Shown: in pieces, positions 12,961 through 26,940 of the stretch
How positions within the stretch are numbered: the first letter of the stretch is position 1
Layout of the letters: every line of letters starts with the position of its first letter
Source: Ginglymostoma cirratum
Taxonomy: Eukaryota
Length of the DNA: 64,000 nucleotides
Direction: 5' to 3'
Assembly (NCBI GenBank): GCA_024137785.1
Contig: JAHRHZ010000098.1
Location: 21,262,113-21,326,112, forward strand
Position numbers and translations under genes: made by a program
Notes under the pieces: generated by a model
Told to the model about the DNA's origin: nothing
Databases searched by the model: none
Seen by the model: the letters and a program-made list of their open reading frames with translations, nothing else

Positions 12961-14456
12961 CCTAATGAGAACTTAATTTTTGACTATGACTTTAAAGGGA
13001 GGCATATCCATCTGTGAGAGGTGAATACACCAGACTAGTATTATGTTTTCGAATACACTAATCTCTCCACGTGTGGTAGCATTTGAAAATATGATTTACG
13101 CGTAATACCAAGTGTGCATTCTGAAAAGGTGGTTGAAAACGAAAAGACCTTTAATCTGAATAAAATTTGTTGCAACAGTTTCTTGATCCTCTAGCTAGTT
13201 GAAATCTATCTTGCTGTTACTGTGTTGGAAGACCAGTTGATCTCTGCCTTTGAGAAAGAAATATTAAAAATGGGATAAAGAATGAGAGGGTAGCTTTGGC
13301 AGAACAGAGCAGCAAAAAGAAGGAACTTCAGAGAAGACAGGAGACAGCAGGGTTTCTGGAAGTTAAAATTGGGGTTTGGCAATTTTATTATCAGTACCCG
13401 TATAGAAATTTTAAGTTTCTGAGAAATAGGTAGAGACTTCATCAACGTGGAATTGTGTGACAAGTTTATTTGCTTCATATTTTTGGAAACATGATAGTGT
13501 TTTTTAAGTAAAGGTTGTTGGTATTACAGTTATTTAATCACATAGATTCTGCAGAAGGAAGCAGCTTCTTGATTTGTCATCAATATTGTCATGTGTGTTT
13601 ATCATTTCCAATTATCAACGAAAGGAGAAGTACATGCTAATGCACGTGTGAGTGCACAGGATCCAGTTCATCTGTCATGAGACTCTGAATTATGTTATTG
13701 TAGAAACAGACCATGTGAATCAATTCTTAAACAGAAAGGATATTGGCTCTGATTACTGGAATGCTTGATACCAGTGAATCACGGAGGGCATTTGCGGCGG
13801 ACATAAATCTGTAATCTAATTCTAAGCCTAAGCATGCCAGACAGCACTTATGGACTTCTCAGCCGCATCTAAGTCACATTACCCAAACCTTGAGGCCATG
13901 TTAAATAATATGCCTCTTGAGTAGGTAATTGTGCATGTGCAGGAGCTAAAGGGAGTTCAAATAAAGTTTAGATTTTAAAATATTGCCTTGATTTTTCCTC
14001 TTCCCCACATCCTGGAATTATTCCTGTTGGGAATCTACAAAAGGTGGATCAGAAACCTTGATTGATGCAATGTGCAAGAAATCAAAGCCATTATAATCCT
14101 TTTAATTCCTATCTGATGATCTCGAACCATCCAGCTTTTGTATTTAAAATCGTATTACCTGCTTCTCCTACATCAACTATTTTTGAGCCAAGATTGAAAA
14201 GGATGCTTATTCATCTTCATTTTGTGGACCTGCTTGATGATATATCTAACAATTGTTATTTGAGCACATTACTGCTACTTCACATACTTTAAATATTTAT
14301 GTAGTGTTTTCTTGTTTTGTAATTGTATATAAGATCTGACAGAGATGTGTGGTTTACTAAAAACAAAACCACGGAGTATTGGTGAGGATATAATTCAAAG
14401 AATGAACGAGTTAAAGGTTCATTTCATAGTGTGGTGTATTTTCGCATAAAACAGCA

Positions 14457-14684
14457 AGACCCTCTCCACCTATCCTCTCCTCTATCCATCCTCTATCCGC
14501 CTCCACCTTGCTCCCTATTTATTTCAGAACCCTCTTCCCCTCCCCCATTTCTGATGAAGGGTCTAGGCCCGAAACGTCAAGTTTTCCTGCTCCTATGATG
14601 CTGCTTGGCCTGCTGTGTTCATCCAGCCCCACGCCTTGTTATCTCGGATTCTCCAGCATCTGCAGTACCTTTTATCTCAGACCC
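14457..14684 (+). mobile_element. Penelope-like pLTR fragment
   Basis: Near-identical to 35805-35990. Candidate 6-bp TSD AGACCC at 14457-14462 and 14679-14684. Confidence 0.8.
14548..14581 (+). ncRNA. Minimal type I hammerhead ribozyme motif (intact core)
   Basis: ttt-CTGATGA(14551)-a-GGGT ctag GCCC-GAAAC-GTC^aag: conserved core, stem II, minimal stem III, GUC cleavage triplet and short stem I. Confidence 0.75.
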
Positions 14685-17600
14685 GTTAGGTGTTTTTAGT
14701 TTCATAAGTTTTTGTTCCTGGTTTTACAAAGTTTGTGATTTTGTAACACTGTTGGATGATACACTCGCTACATTCCTTTAACATGAAGAGAGGTTAGTTT
14801 TTGAGCCTATAATAAAGCAGTATAATATCTCAAGGAATGCTTGGGGAGCAGTTTGTCTTTGCATGATTACCAAAGCAATTCAAATCAGGCTGTTTGCACC
14901 ATCTTAATGAGAACCTCTTGATGTGCATTTAATTCATTTTTGCCATACAGGTTAGTCTATTTGTCTGTAAAAAAAAAAAATCAATATTGTGACAATAAAG
15001 CTAATTCAATTCAATTCCATCACAAAAAACAGTGGACAGAATTCAACAAACGTTGACATACAGGTGGAGTATCAACCAAGGAAGAAACGATTAATTTTGG
15101 ATTCAGATTCTGGAATGTTTTGATTTGATCCATTTAACATTGAGATAGAGGGCAAGTTGACTTATTTAAGGAATTTTAAGGTTGTTTTATTTAGAAAGTT
15201 AATTATTTTAGTATGCTGTAAGTTGTCTCAGCTATTGTTGTCAAAATATGAGCAGAGTTTTCAGAGCAGATTGTTGGCTGTAAATTGGCTTGGAACCTCT
15301 TCAGTGAGGTGGAAGTTCTTAATGCAAAGATTTATTTATTCAGCTTTGTAGCTTGAGCATCAAACAACTGGGGAAAATCTTCAAGAATGATTGTTACAGT
15401 GTTGAGTAAGCACAGTGTGATATCTATCTGTTTACTCTGTGCCCTTTTCACGTGTATATTTATGAAATCAAGTGCGATGTTTCCTTTCTTCAGTTTTCTT
15501 TTGGAATTTGTGTTGTAAATCACAAATGTAAATTCAGCCCAACTTTATGGTGGCGAAAAGAAATTGTTTACATGCTAAAAGAAAATAAGTGAGGTGTAAC
15601 AGCCTTGAATCTGTATTCCCTAAGCTTACCAAATGGGAGGCTACTCTCTACTGATGAGGTACCATTTTTGGTTTAATTTCATGTTATAGATTTTCCTTTG
15701 TAAGGAATTGCACAAGCATTGTCAATTTTTCAATTTATCATTGTTAAAGCAAGACTTTGCCTGTCTGACTCAGAATCAAGCTTGTCTCCTCAGTATTAGG
15801 ATCAACATATCAGATCACAAAAGGTAGCAATGAGGTAGAAAAAATGCATTTTCTCACAGTAGTGTGATGTGTCATTTTTACATCACAATATTGAAGAGTT
15901 TAGTAGGCTACTGAAACATTTTACTTCTGTTGAAATGCAGCTTTATCTCATTACAACATTTTAAAATGGAGTCTCTTGCCAGTTTTCAGACGGGGCTGCA
16001 AAATGAGGAATGTATGGTTTCAGATTTTTTTTAATCGGTCTAGAACTGAAGAGAGACATAGCTACTTTTTGATAAATAGATAAAAATTTGGTGGAATATT
16101 ATCATTTATTTAAAATGGTGACCAAGTCACCAATTATCATTTGGCCTCACTGTTACTACCTGTTTTGTTTTCTGTCAATCCACATTCTGTGAGTTAGAAG
16201 CCAAAAATACCCGTTGCAGTATTCTGTAGGTAACACACAATGTCAGTACAAGCATCAGGTGACTGGTTTTTTTCGGGGTTCTCTAATGTGTTGTGAAATG
16301 TGTATTCAAGAGCCACGTTTTGGAAAATATGCTAAGAAATTCTCCTGTGTAATTGTTGGCAGCATGAACTAATTTCAAAACTGGACTGGTAAAGAGCAAA
16401 ATCAAATCCAAGATCCTTGAAGCAAAGTGTTGGCCATTACTTGTCTTCAAAACAAAGACAGAAAGTGCTGTAGAAACAAAGCAGATCTGGCAGCGTCTGT
16501 GCAGAGAAAAATGGAGTTGTTTGACTGAAATGCAGTTCCTTGTTCCTTGTGATCTGCTTTTTCCTCATTTTAAACTTCCATTGGGAACTATTGCAGCAGT
16601 TCATTGAATAGTTTGTAGCACATGTAAAAGGTGCAATTTCCCCACTTTTTATTAATTGTCACAGTTAGAGTATAAAGTATTGTTAAAGTTTACCAACCTA
16701 TTGTACTATATTGTCTCTGTAGCTGCTGTAATCTCTGGGGTGATCAGTAGAGTGCTGAAAAGTTACTATCCATCCTCAGCAAGTTGTGCTCAGTTACTGA
16801 ATGGCAAATATCTTTAAATGAGCATAGGTGAGTTGAGTTCTGATTCCATGCTGTCCAGAAATGGGGGAAAGTGGAATTTGAGCTCCTTAGTCTATATTTC
16901 ATCTTCTCAGTTGGATGAAGATATCTAGTTAAAAATCACTAAGTTTCTTGAGTTAAGTTGATTTTTGTTTGGTCTCCATTCCCACTGTCATGATTGCTGT
17001 GCAAAATGCTTTTTACACAAGAAGAGGAAGGATAACAGATACAACTGTCTTTTTTTAAACCCAAAAAACAGCAGTTACATTAGACATACTATGTCAATTA
17101 GAATTTTGTTTTTTAAAAAATGGTTAGGGTTCAGTGTGTATCAGACTAATTTAGAGAAGCAGCTTGTCAAAGACAAGACTTTGTATTACATGCATCCTAT
17201 GCAAAAAAACTATCTTAAAAATTTTTCATTGTACAAGAATATTTATACTGTAAAGGTTTCTTTTTGAAATTGCTTATTTGCTGTCAAAGTATCATAACAC
17301 CATTAGCTTTCACATTTGGCTCAGCAGACATAAACAATTATGAAAGAAGAGCTATAAGCTAAGCTGTTATTAGCAATTTGGAAGTTTTGCTTCAACTTCG
17401 GCATGTGATTCAAAGAATGAATAGTTCTGAAACTGGCACAGCTGTTGTATTGCAATAGGTAAAGTGAAACTGCACTTCGATATTTAATCTTACACAGCAA
17501 TAAATTTCCTTCATGTGGTCTCACCTACTTCTGACTGCTGCAATTTAATGGATACACTGGTACTGAAACTGATATAATTGATAAAACCTGTTCAAGTATT

Positions 17601-20257
17601 CTGAAGAAATCTTATATTCAACTCAAATATTAATAACTCTGTTTCTCTCTCCTACTGAGCATTTCCAGCACTTTCTAATTTAATCTCAAATTGCCAAGTG
17701 TCCGTAGTATTTTGCTTGCATTTTATTACATATTCAAATACTTTCATATGTGGATTCTAAAATGTGAATGTAAGATTTCTGAATGTAGGTGTTCAGAGTG
17801 TAGCGCAAACTGAAAAGATTGAATCCTATGAACAGAAATTATTCTCAGCTTTTAATTTGCTTGCATGTCCCAGTGCACACTGTTGATCCTGGAATGTGTA
17901 CCCTAATAGGATCATTGTCAGCAGTGACCAACATATAATTAGCCACAAATTCTCCAGAACTACTTCAGGCAATGTTCATTGCGTTTTAATTGTTATTTTC
18001 TGAACTAGTAGATTGAATGTTGCATTGTTTTTGGGTAATCCAAAGCCTGAAATGTGCTTGATGATATTTGCTGTGTTGGATATCAATCAATCAATATTGC
18101 AAACAATTTAATATTAATTCATAAACCCCAAGACAAATGCATTGAATTTGAAGTGGTGTCTTTTAGGAAATTAACACAGCTTGCACCTCAATTTGGACTA
18201 TGCACACTAGCTTTGAAAGATATGTAGAAGTAATAGTTTCAAATGATTTTGGTGTAATTTTTATTTGATAATTTTTTAATACTTGACCACTGTAATTATT
18301 ACATTCGTATGGGTAGGTTTGACATCTGGAGTCAGGGAGTGGAACAGGTGGGGAGGGGTAGTGAAGAGTTGTGTGAGAATTGAAGCTGGGAATTGGAGCA
18401 TTTCGGGAAGTAATCATTTTTGATTGATACTTATCTCATGAAACATTAGTTTCAAGGCTGAAGCTGAAGTGAGTTCAAAAAGAAAGACTGGCGTTTATAC
18501 AGTGCTTTTCACAACTACTCAACACTTCAAAGCACTTTACAGCTAACGAAGGACTTCTCGAGTAGCCACGGTTGCGATGTGGGAATCCATAGATTCTGTT
18601 CTATATTAGGAAATTGATTTCAACTGGTGAACACTAGCAGGAGATTACATGCCTAATGATAGGCAATATTTTGTAGTTGGGTATTTACCATGGACAATGA
18701 AATTTGAGAGAGAAATATTTTGCATTTGATTTGAACTAAATTTGGTCTCTTAGTCGAGGAATACAAGTGACAGAGTAATGGCTACTTACCACTGGCTGCT
18801 TTGTTTGCTGTATAACCTACAAGCTGACCCAAAAATTTCACTGAGAAAAGAAACAAACCTGAAAATCTGTGAAAAGGACTGATGATTAAAATAAAAATTT
18901 GAGAGGCATGGAGTCCATGTCAGTTTCCTAATCTGATCTTTGTTTTGAAAACCATGACTACTTATGAATGAGTTAATGATGCTACATAGCTATAGACTTT
19001 AGTGTAAAATAAGTTGGTTAATGTTCAGCACAGAAATTGTGTTTCAGTGGAAGGCCAAAGGAAATCCTGTTTGCTGAACAGTGCCTCAGTAGCTCATACT
19101 GAGTGGAAGTTACAATAATGGTTACGCAAGCTAGATGTACTGTTTGGAGATTTTGTTAGAAAATTTGTTTCAAAATTTCAGATATAACAGATTGTGGCAT
19201 TAAATTGAGCGAACATTTTATTGCACTGCCAAAATATGAATGTGTGTATTTTTTAAATTGAATTTCAAATTTATTTTGTTTAATTAATAATTATTAGTAT
19301 TTATAATTTATAATATATAATTTATATCTCGTCTATTTACTGTGTGACAATGATTTTGTTTCTGAATGTAATGTTAGAATGAATGTACTGTAGTGTTATT
19401 ACAAGTGGTTGACCAGTTTAAGCACAATAATTTTGGGGTGGCTCACTTATTTTATTATTTCTTACCCTTTTTACATCCTGAGTTGGTGATTATTGTAGAT
19501 TTGTCTAGAACTGCATGAACAATGTTCTCCAATCCTCATTCACTGATGCCAAAGCCAGGGAAATTCATGTTCTTATCTATGGAATTCTGTGTTTTCTTAC
19601 GGCATACAATTCTAACAACAAAAAGCTACACCACTGACAAGCAGGTGCCTAGCAGAGATCTTGGCCTAAATTGCTACTACAAAGCAGGGTAACTTGTGTT
19701 AGAAATTCCAAAATTGAAGTACCTGTCTTAAAGAAATGCTCCCTGAATGTCACACTTCTTTGTCCAGTGGTGATGTGTGAGGTGGAATTGGGCCTGCACC
19801 TTAGAAGCATATTGTAGGTGGTTGCGGGGGTGATGACTGCTGAGGTAAGGTTGTTCTAAAGTCCACCTCTGTTCTTTTGGGATTTTGTCCCAGCTTTATT
19901 ATAATCTTTTAGGTCTTGTAACTCTTACACATCTCACCCATACACCATATCATGGCTGTTTAAACCCCCGTGCTAACTTATGACCTCCTTGCAGCCGTGT
20001 CATCCTGGAATGACTTCAGGAGCCATGAGTTGATGAAGTAAAGTTTGAAAACCTAAAAAAATTTCACCATATTGAAAAAAAAAAGCCTCTCATGAAAGTC
20101 TATTCCAATCTTTTAAATCTCAAGTGGCTAAACACTAACTGGAAAAAAAGTCTGTTCTGGCCTTGCATTGAGGATAACCAATCCTTTAATAGCCTCTATA
20201 AGCTATCAATCAAACAATGAACTCAGAACTCCCTTGCTGAGATAATTTATGTTCACG

Positions 20258-21000
20258 TCATCAAGATGATGGTGGAGTATGGCTCCTGTGTTGGAGCTTG
20301 TCCGCTCTGATCACCTTTTTTTCTTTCTTTTTCCTTTACTTACTTCCCATTACTCACCATTGGTGGCAGGGCTCGACTGAGCCCAGCACAGACCTCGTGG
20401 CAGCAGCAAGTGAGTCGCTATTTACTTTTCTGGTCCAAACACTGGACCTGGCATTGGAATTGCCAGCTGCTACTTCGGCAGAGGAGACGTTGGCAAGGTA
20501 GTTCCAGTGGCGAAAGATAGCGCCTGAAGATTGATGACTTTGTTGTTGGTTGGGTCTGGCACTGGCAGCGGTGAAATGGTGGCGGAAGGGGAATACAGCG
20601 ACATTGTCGAGGTGGGCCCAGTATCGAGGTGTGCGACTCTGACATTGCTGGCTTTGGTGGAGGCATCCAACCCCACTGGCAAAATTTGGAAATGTGGCTA
20701 TGCTTTTTGCATTTGGGCCCTGTCCATCATTTTGGAAGCTCAGCTGAATTTGCCTGGTGCAGGTGGTGTTGAGGCATTGGCAGAGGAGAATTGGCCTAGC
20801 GATGAGGTGGTGGAGGAGGGATGGCAGTGCAGGCATCATTCGAGATGGGCCCATTCAGGACTGATGGTCTTCCTTTAAGCAAAATCTTTTTTAAAAATTC
20901 TTAAAACTATCCAAAATGACACTGGATCATGTTAACAGTGGAAAAGCTATTTGCTGTAATTTACTGTTTTTCTCACTGTAAAATACATGTGACAATAAAA
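20258..21000 (+). mobile_element. GC-rich non-autonomous retroposon with Rex/Babar-like 3' tail
   Basis: GC-rich block starting caagatgatggtgg and ending tacatgtgacaataaa. The same tail motif gtgacaataaa occurs at about 14989 followed by (aattc)n. Confidence 0.45.
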
Positions 21001-21187
21001 TTGTAGAATCATAAAAGTGTTCAGAGTGTCCTCAGGAAAATATCAATGAATAACTTTTGATACCAGTAGTTTAAATCTTATGGAGACTACAGCCAGATGT
21101 TTCCTTCCATTTTTAAAGAATGTTATGATATAAAATTATAGATTTTATTCGTCTTTTAAGAGCATTTATGTCTACTGTATGGATTAA

Positions 21188-21503
21188 TAGAATCCCTACA
21201 GTGTGGAAATAGGCCCTTCAGCCCAACAAGTCCACACTGACTCTCCAAGCATCCCACCCACACCCATCCCCCTATAACCCACCTAATCTACACACCCCTG
21301 AACACTATAGGCAATTTAGCATGGCCAGTCCATCTAGCCTGCACAGCTTTGGACTGTGGGAGGAAACTGGAGCACCCAGAAGAAACCCACACAGAAATGG
21401 GAACGATGTGCAAACTCTACACGGTCGCCTAAGGGTGGAATCGAATCCGGGTTCCTTGCTCTGCGAGTCAGCAGTGCTAACCACTGAGCCACCGTGCCAC
21501 CCC
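21188..21503 (-). mobile_element. HE1-type V-SINE, full length
   Basis: Reverse strand gggtggcacggtggctcagtggttagcactgctg...gattcgattcc (A/B boxes), V domain and CR1-like tail. Confidence 0.93.
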
Positions 21504-23059
21504 ATAGATATATAGATATGTGAATCCCCACACTGAAGTTAAGGCCTTTGCAACAGCCAGATCAGAGGTTTAAACACAGCAGTAAATTCAAAGGGCCCGG
21601 CTGAGCTAGAGTTTCCCTTGTTTAAAGCATACCATCCCTCCAACCCCACTGGCAAAATTTGGATCTCAAGGAAATGTGGCTGTGATCTCTGCATTTGAGC
21701 CCCATCCACCATTTTGGAAGCTCAGCGGAATTTGTGCGACTATGAAAATCCAGGCCCCTGTGTCAGTAAAAACAATGTTGTATCCTTAATGTGTTGTCAA
21801 CATGCTTCAATTGTTAGCAGAAAAGCAAATTAGTCACTAACTACAAGCTACAGTCTGTTTCTCGATCAATTTTCCAGGATAGCGGCTGGAAGGAGCTAAT
21901 GCTTTTAGTTGCTACAGCACTTGTGTTTGAACTGAATGTGCACAGCAAAACGAGTGTGCACCTGCATCTTTTTCGATGCCCTATCAATTTGAATCTCGTG
22001 ATGCTGACTTTTTGGAAATGGAAAATTGGACCTTGAACAATTGTCCCTTATAAGATGTGAGAAACGTTCCATAGTCCAAACTCCAAAGCAATGCATTGTG
22101 ATTTAATTTGAATGAACTTGCCTGTGGATACTTCATACTGTTAACAGCTACCAATCTGAATCAATAGTTTCATTTTCCTTATGAACACTATCAACACACA
22201 TCTGACTTGTTGCCAATGCAAAAAGAAAAGCTCTTGGTGTGCTTTTCCTGATTTGGCTCAGTAATGCCCCTGTCCCTGTCCAAGCAGTATATCGTTTTAT
22301 AAACTGAGTTGTGAACAGAATTTAAAAACTTAATAGCCTCTTAAAATTACACAAAAATAAACACAGCAACCACCAGATATTGTCTCCATGTTTGGCAACA
22401 GAAATTGTACTGATGCGTATGAACACATGTTTCAGCATTTCTCAACTTGGGCATGTCAGCACTGATTATCTCACTGCTGCACATTCCTGATAATGTTAGC
22501 ACACCTCACAAGAATAGCAGTGTAATTTTGGTAGATCGACGAGTGCCACAACAAGGGTGGCTAGGAGCATTACATATAAAGTTGACTCTAGTCTTTGCTG
22601 AGAACCGAAATGCATTGCACAATTGTCCTGGGATAGGTAATGGATTTGGGTTAAATTAGTGTATTTGCTGCAATCTGAGATACCAGCATAGGATACTAAA
22701 ACTATAGGTACCAGTGGATCCTGCTCATAATATTTCTCTTTGTAAACTCTTTAATGATAAGAGTTTTTCAACTATGGTCAGGAATGCTGCATTTCTACAA
22801 AATTTTGTTTTTAGAATCTCTCTGCACTGTCAGACTATTAGTCAAAACAGGTCTCAAAAATAGTGCAGGTATGTCAAGTTGTTTTTAATATTTGTACAGC
22901 TTCCCTTTTCACCTCTCCTGGAATCCTCAGAAAGGCCCATTGATGGGACAGTTGTTGTCTCCTAAAAAGCAGCAACCCTAATTGCCCTATCCTGTTCTCT
23001 CCCACACTTCCCAGCCATGTGTTTGCCAGGGGTGAAACTTGCTGACCTCTTCACAGATC

Positions 23060-24300
23060 TGACCCTTAGATTCTGAGTTAGCTATTACTGCCCCTTTTGC
23101 ACTTCCAAACAAAACCCTTGCCATCCTTGAGCTTATTGTAGACAATCATGTAGATATTTTGCCGAGAAAGTGGCATGGCTGAGAAGAGGTGATGCCTTCC
23201 TGCTAGTTGAAGCTTCTCCCTAGCTATACCTGTAACCACTTGCTCTACTTAAACCATTGCAGTAGTACTGTAGCCTGGACCTCAAAATTTTATCTTGATC
23301 TGTCTCCTACTCCTTAAGCAACTTCCTCCTTTTGAGTATCTCCCCTTATTCCACTCTTCACCCATCAAAACCTTCTGTGCCACCCACCCAAATATCATTT
23401 CGAATTTCTCACTGAGATATCTTCTTTTTCCTTTCATCTACCTCTGCAATAATCGATTTATCATTCTTGGTGATTTCAGCCTCCATCTGAACTCTTCTGG
23501 TTCTCTCTCCCCTGAGTTTATTTTTCTTCATTCTTAACTGTGTCTGTTCATCTAAACTGTCCCACACATGCATAGCCACTCCTTCAATCTCATTATCTCA
23601 TGCAGCCTCACTATCACCAATAAGGCAATTTACATTTGATTCTTCTTTTTCCTTTTATCACTCTCAAACTGTATTCCTTTCCACCTTTCAAGCCAACTGC
23701 GTTCTTTGTCTAACAGCTGGGGAGAAATATGTCTTTCCCCCAAGTCACTTAACTCTGCATTCTGACAATTCTACCTATCTACCTTTTTTGACCTTTCATT
23801 CATCAGTGCTACCGCAATTGATATTGCTTCACTTAAGTGTAACACCTCCACCGCCTTTGCTGCCTCTGCCCACTAAAACTATGTCTCTTTCCTACCATGA
23901 CAACTCTCCCTGATATATCCCTTGTCTGTACTCCCTTAGACTTTAATATCTTGGGGGAGAAACTGGTTTAATCATCCATTACTACATTTGGACCATTGAA
24001 AGTATTATCAAGTAACACCTTCTGTCACTGAAACTGCTCACTGTCCAACTGTCCAGCTCACGGAAAAACGAAAATATCACTTGGCTTCTCTTCGCCACCA
24101 CGAATCAAGTTCTTAAACTACCCTTGCCCACCTTCTTCATGCTTACTTCCAAAAAGTAGTCAACCAGTGGAATGTTTTAATAACTACTTAATAAAGATCA
24201 AGACCATCTTATCGATGTCTCTGCTGCTTCCCAACTTTCTCCTAGCTGCTGGACTAAATGCCCGAACTTTGAGTTCACATCTCTGTCTGGTCATCATCAC
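23060..24300 (+). mobile_element. Decayed L2/CR1-clade LINE, AP-endonuclease region
   Basis: Remnant motifs LIVDNHVDIL..., IILGDFSLHLN and PTH..SHSFNLII; pyrimidine-rich sense strand typical of L2. Confidence 0.7.
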
Positions 24301-24704
24301 CCCCTCCCACTCTATTAGGCACCATTAACATTTAGAAAGGAAATTCCAACACCCAGTAATTAACTGACAGAAATATGCTACAAGATTTCACATTTTGCAA
24401 TAAAAAATATTGTTCATAAAGAGAAACTAACCCAAGACAGCACTTCTACATTGGCATTGTAGCTCATAAAGACCTATGCCAGCTGTACCTTCTTCCTTTT
24501 TTCCTTAGTGTTACAGTTGTCCCCTGACCCAGGAGTCCTTCTGGAAGATTTTTTTTAAAGAAAATAGACTTCCACATTCTGTGCAGTGAGTGATAAAACG
24601 AGTACTTTCTCTGCTTGAAGGGAAGGCCTAACTGATGGTCATCTCCTGTGCACTACTCAATCAGATGAGATGTATTCTACACATCAGCAAACATACTGAG
24701 AAGG

Positions 24705-24852
24705 AATGGCTTAGTAGCCTTGTTGCTAGACTATTAATCCAGAGATCCTGTAATGTAGTTGACTCTTAACTGCTCTTTGAATCATTAGGATTGGGCAATA
24801 AATTCTGTCCTAGCCAGTGACGCCCACATCCTGTGAATGAATTTAAAAAAAG
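24705..24852 (+). mobile_element. Internally deleted tRNA-SINE with CR1-type tail
   Basis: tRNA-like head joined to gggcaataaa...gccagtgacgcccacatcctgtgaatgaatttaaaaaa, a tail shared with 34050-34590 and 33260-33810. Confidence 0.65.
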
Positions 24853-25469
24853 TACAATTGGCTCTGTCTGCACCCCGAACTGAACTGCTTGTTTGTGTTA
24901 ACAAACACACATACGTTAATTGAACAAAAGAACCAAGGCTTCACCCAGAAGCATTAACTTGATGGCACCATGGCATGCTTTGAGATGCTTGAAGGAAAAA
25001 TACAGAATTAATTTTTACCTTCAACACAACTCTTTGATCCTGTAACCCAAATTAATAATTTATAAATTGCATATATGTAATTTCCCTCTCTGCAGATTAC
25101 CTGAGTTCATGAACATCCAGGGATGGGTCGCTCACTGTTTTTTTTTTTACTAGCAACTCTGACCTTGTATGATAAACCTAAGTTAGCTTTCCAATACTTA
25201 TTTAAAGTGCACTCATTTGAGATGCCGATCAGTTCCTTAAACAGAAATCCCCATTTTCTACAGTTAAAACTTCTTCATTTCCTAAATCTAAAAGTAATAT
25301 TCTAAAAAAAGTTTGAATCGTCGATCAGGTATCAACAGCACCTCAAAAGTTCTCTCCAAGCTCATTGGCTGTTTTTAGGTTGGAGGTTAAGAGTTTGACT
25401 CATTGTCCAGGATGCCTTGGTGGCTTGCTACTACTAGTAATGCCAACTGTTACCAAGGTATGTCAATGA

Positions 25470-25790
25470 TGGAAGAAATAGTTGTTTAAGCTGATGAAGG
25501 ACATGCCAATAAAAGTACTCCCTTAGCGTGGATGATATTGAAATTTCCTGAGTGTTGTGGGATCAGCACTATCTAGCATGTGAAAAAAAAATGTTATCAC
25601 ACTCCTGACTTACACTTTGTAGGTTAGTAAAGAGACTGTAGGGAGTTGGAAGATAGGTTTTTCACCACAGGATACCTATCAAATGACTTGCCCTGGCAAG
25701 GGCAGTGTAATTGATCCAAATTAGCTTTATCCAGTTGGTCCAGTTCAGTTTCTGGTCAGTGTGATTCCCAGGACGTTGTTGTGCATGGAT
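25470..25790 (-). mobile_element. Decayed CR1-family fragment
   Basis: Shares atcacactcctga...ttgtag with 33734-33760. Confidence 0.55.
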
Positions 25791-26806
25791 TTAAAAAGCT
25801 AACATTGGTTTTCTTTAAAGCATCAGGGTGAATGTCTCACCTCAAGAGTTTTGTTTTACAGGAGCTTTGTATCCTAATTGAATTTCCACAGTTTTCTTCC
25901 GCCTCATCCCCTCATTTTCTTCGATGTTCACTATGCCCATATGTGAGATTGTGGTCCAGGTCTGTCAATATATATGATTGACATTATTTGATTCGAACTA
26001 GAAAGCTTTATTGTATAGTTATCCCTGTCCTCCTACCCCACGCTACCAACAAATTCTTTATTTCCAACTCCAGTGTTCTCCCCACTAGCAAAGGGTACTT
26101 TATTAACGAGGGGAACCAAAATGCCAAACATAGCAATACAGCTCTTAACAAAAATACTGTGCTGTTTTGAATGCAGCAAGCTCATCACCTTGGTGTAAAA
26201 TGAGTTCTGTTCTTCCAAATGCTTCTGCATGGAGAATTTGGACATACTTGTACCACTGCTTCTCCATGTAAGTGTTTTTATTCTCGACAGGGTTTACAAA
26301 TCAAATGCAGAACTCAAGGTTAAGCCTTTCACAGTGAATAAAGGAGGAAAATCAGAAGCTGAGTAAAGCTAGGTGACTGCTGAACACTTGTTGCGAATGG
26401 ATACAAAACAGGATTAGTAAAAGTGTGGGCAAGGCTGGCCATTCGCCAGCTTTCTCAGCTGGTGATGTTGCTAAACTGGCTGGTACTGGATTTTCTTAAT
26501 AGCCCTTTTGTTTAACTTCTTTCAAATTCATGACAGAAAATTAACTATGTGCCAAAAAACACATTGAGAAGGGTGTTTTGGTTTGAGGATAAACAACCAT
26601 GGTACTTACTCATCATCCAAACAAAAAATCGAATTACCTGCACACTTCAAAGTTTTTTTCTTAAGATTAAATCACAATTTTATTCAAAAGGCTTTAGTCA
26701 CTCAGTCATAAAACGCGTTATAAATTCTGTAGTATTTTTAAGTGGAGGAGCACCAATTAAGTATTTTATAGTTGGATTTATTTATGAGTAAGCCTTAGTT
26801 CTTATA

Positions 26807-26940
26807 GTTCTGAGGAAGGGTCACCAGACCCAAAATGTTAAGTCTGATTTTTCTTCACAGATGCTGCCAGACCTGCTGAGGTTTTCCAGCAACTTTGTTT
26901 TTGTTCCTGATTTACAGCATCCATGGTTCTTTTGGTTTTC
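26807..26940 (+). mobile_element. Short Penelope-derived repeat starting with a degenerate hammerhead
   Basis: CTGAGGA(26810)-a-GGGTC acca GACCC-aaaat (GAAAC mutated), followed by cacagatgctgccagacctgctgag, which is shared with 27870 and 52381. Confidence 0.75.

Noticed and set aside
14930-14956. CAG|GTTAGT (also CAG|GTATGG at 11019) as recursive splice sites
   Set aside because: Weak pyrimidine tracts or donors; expected by chance in a 45-kb intron.
20354-20878. Overlapping ORFs of 166 and 115 aa
   Set aside because: GC-rich repeat with few stop codons; no recognisable domain or splice support.
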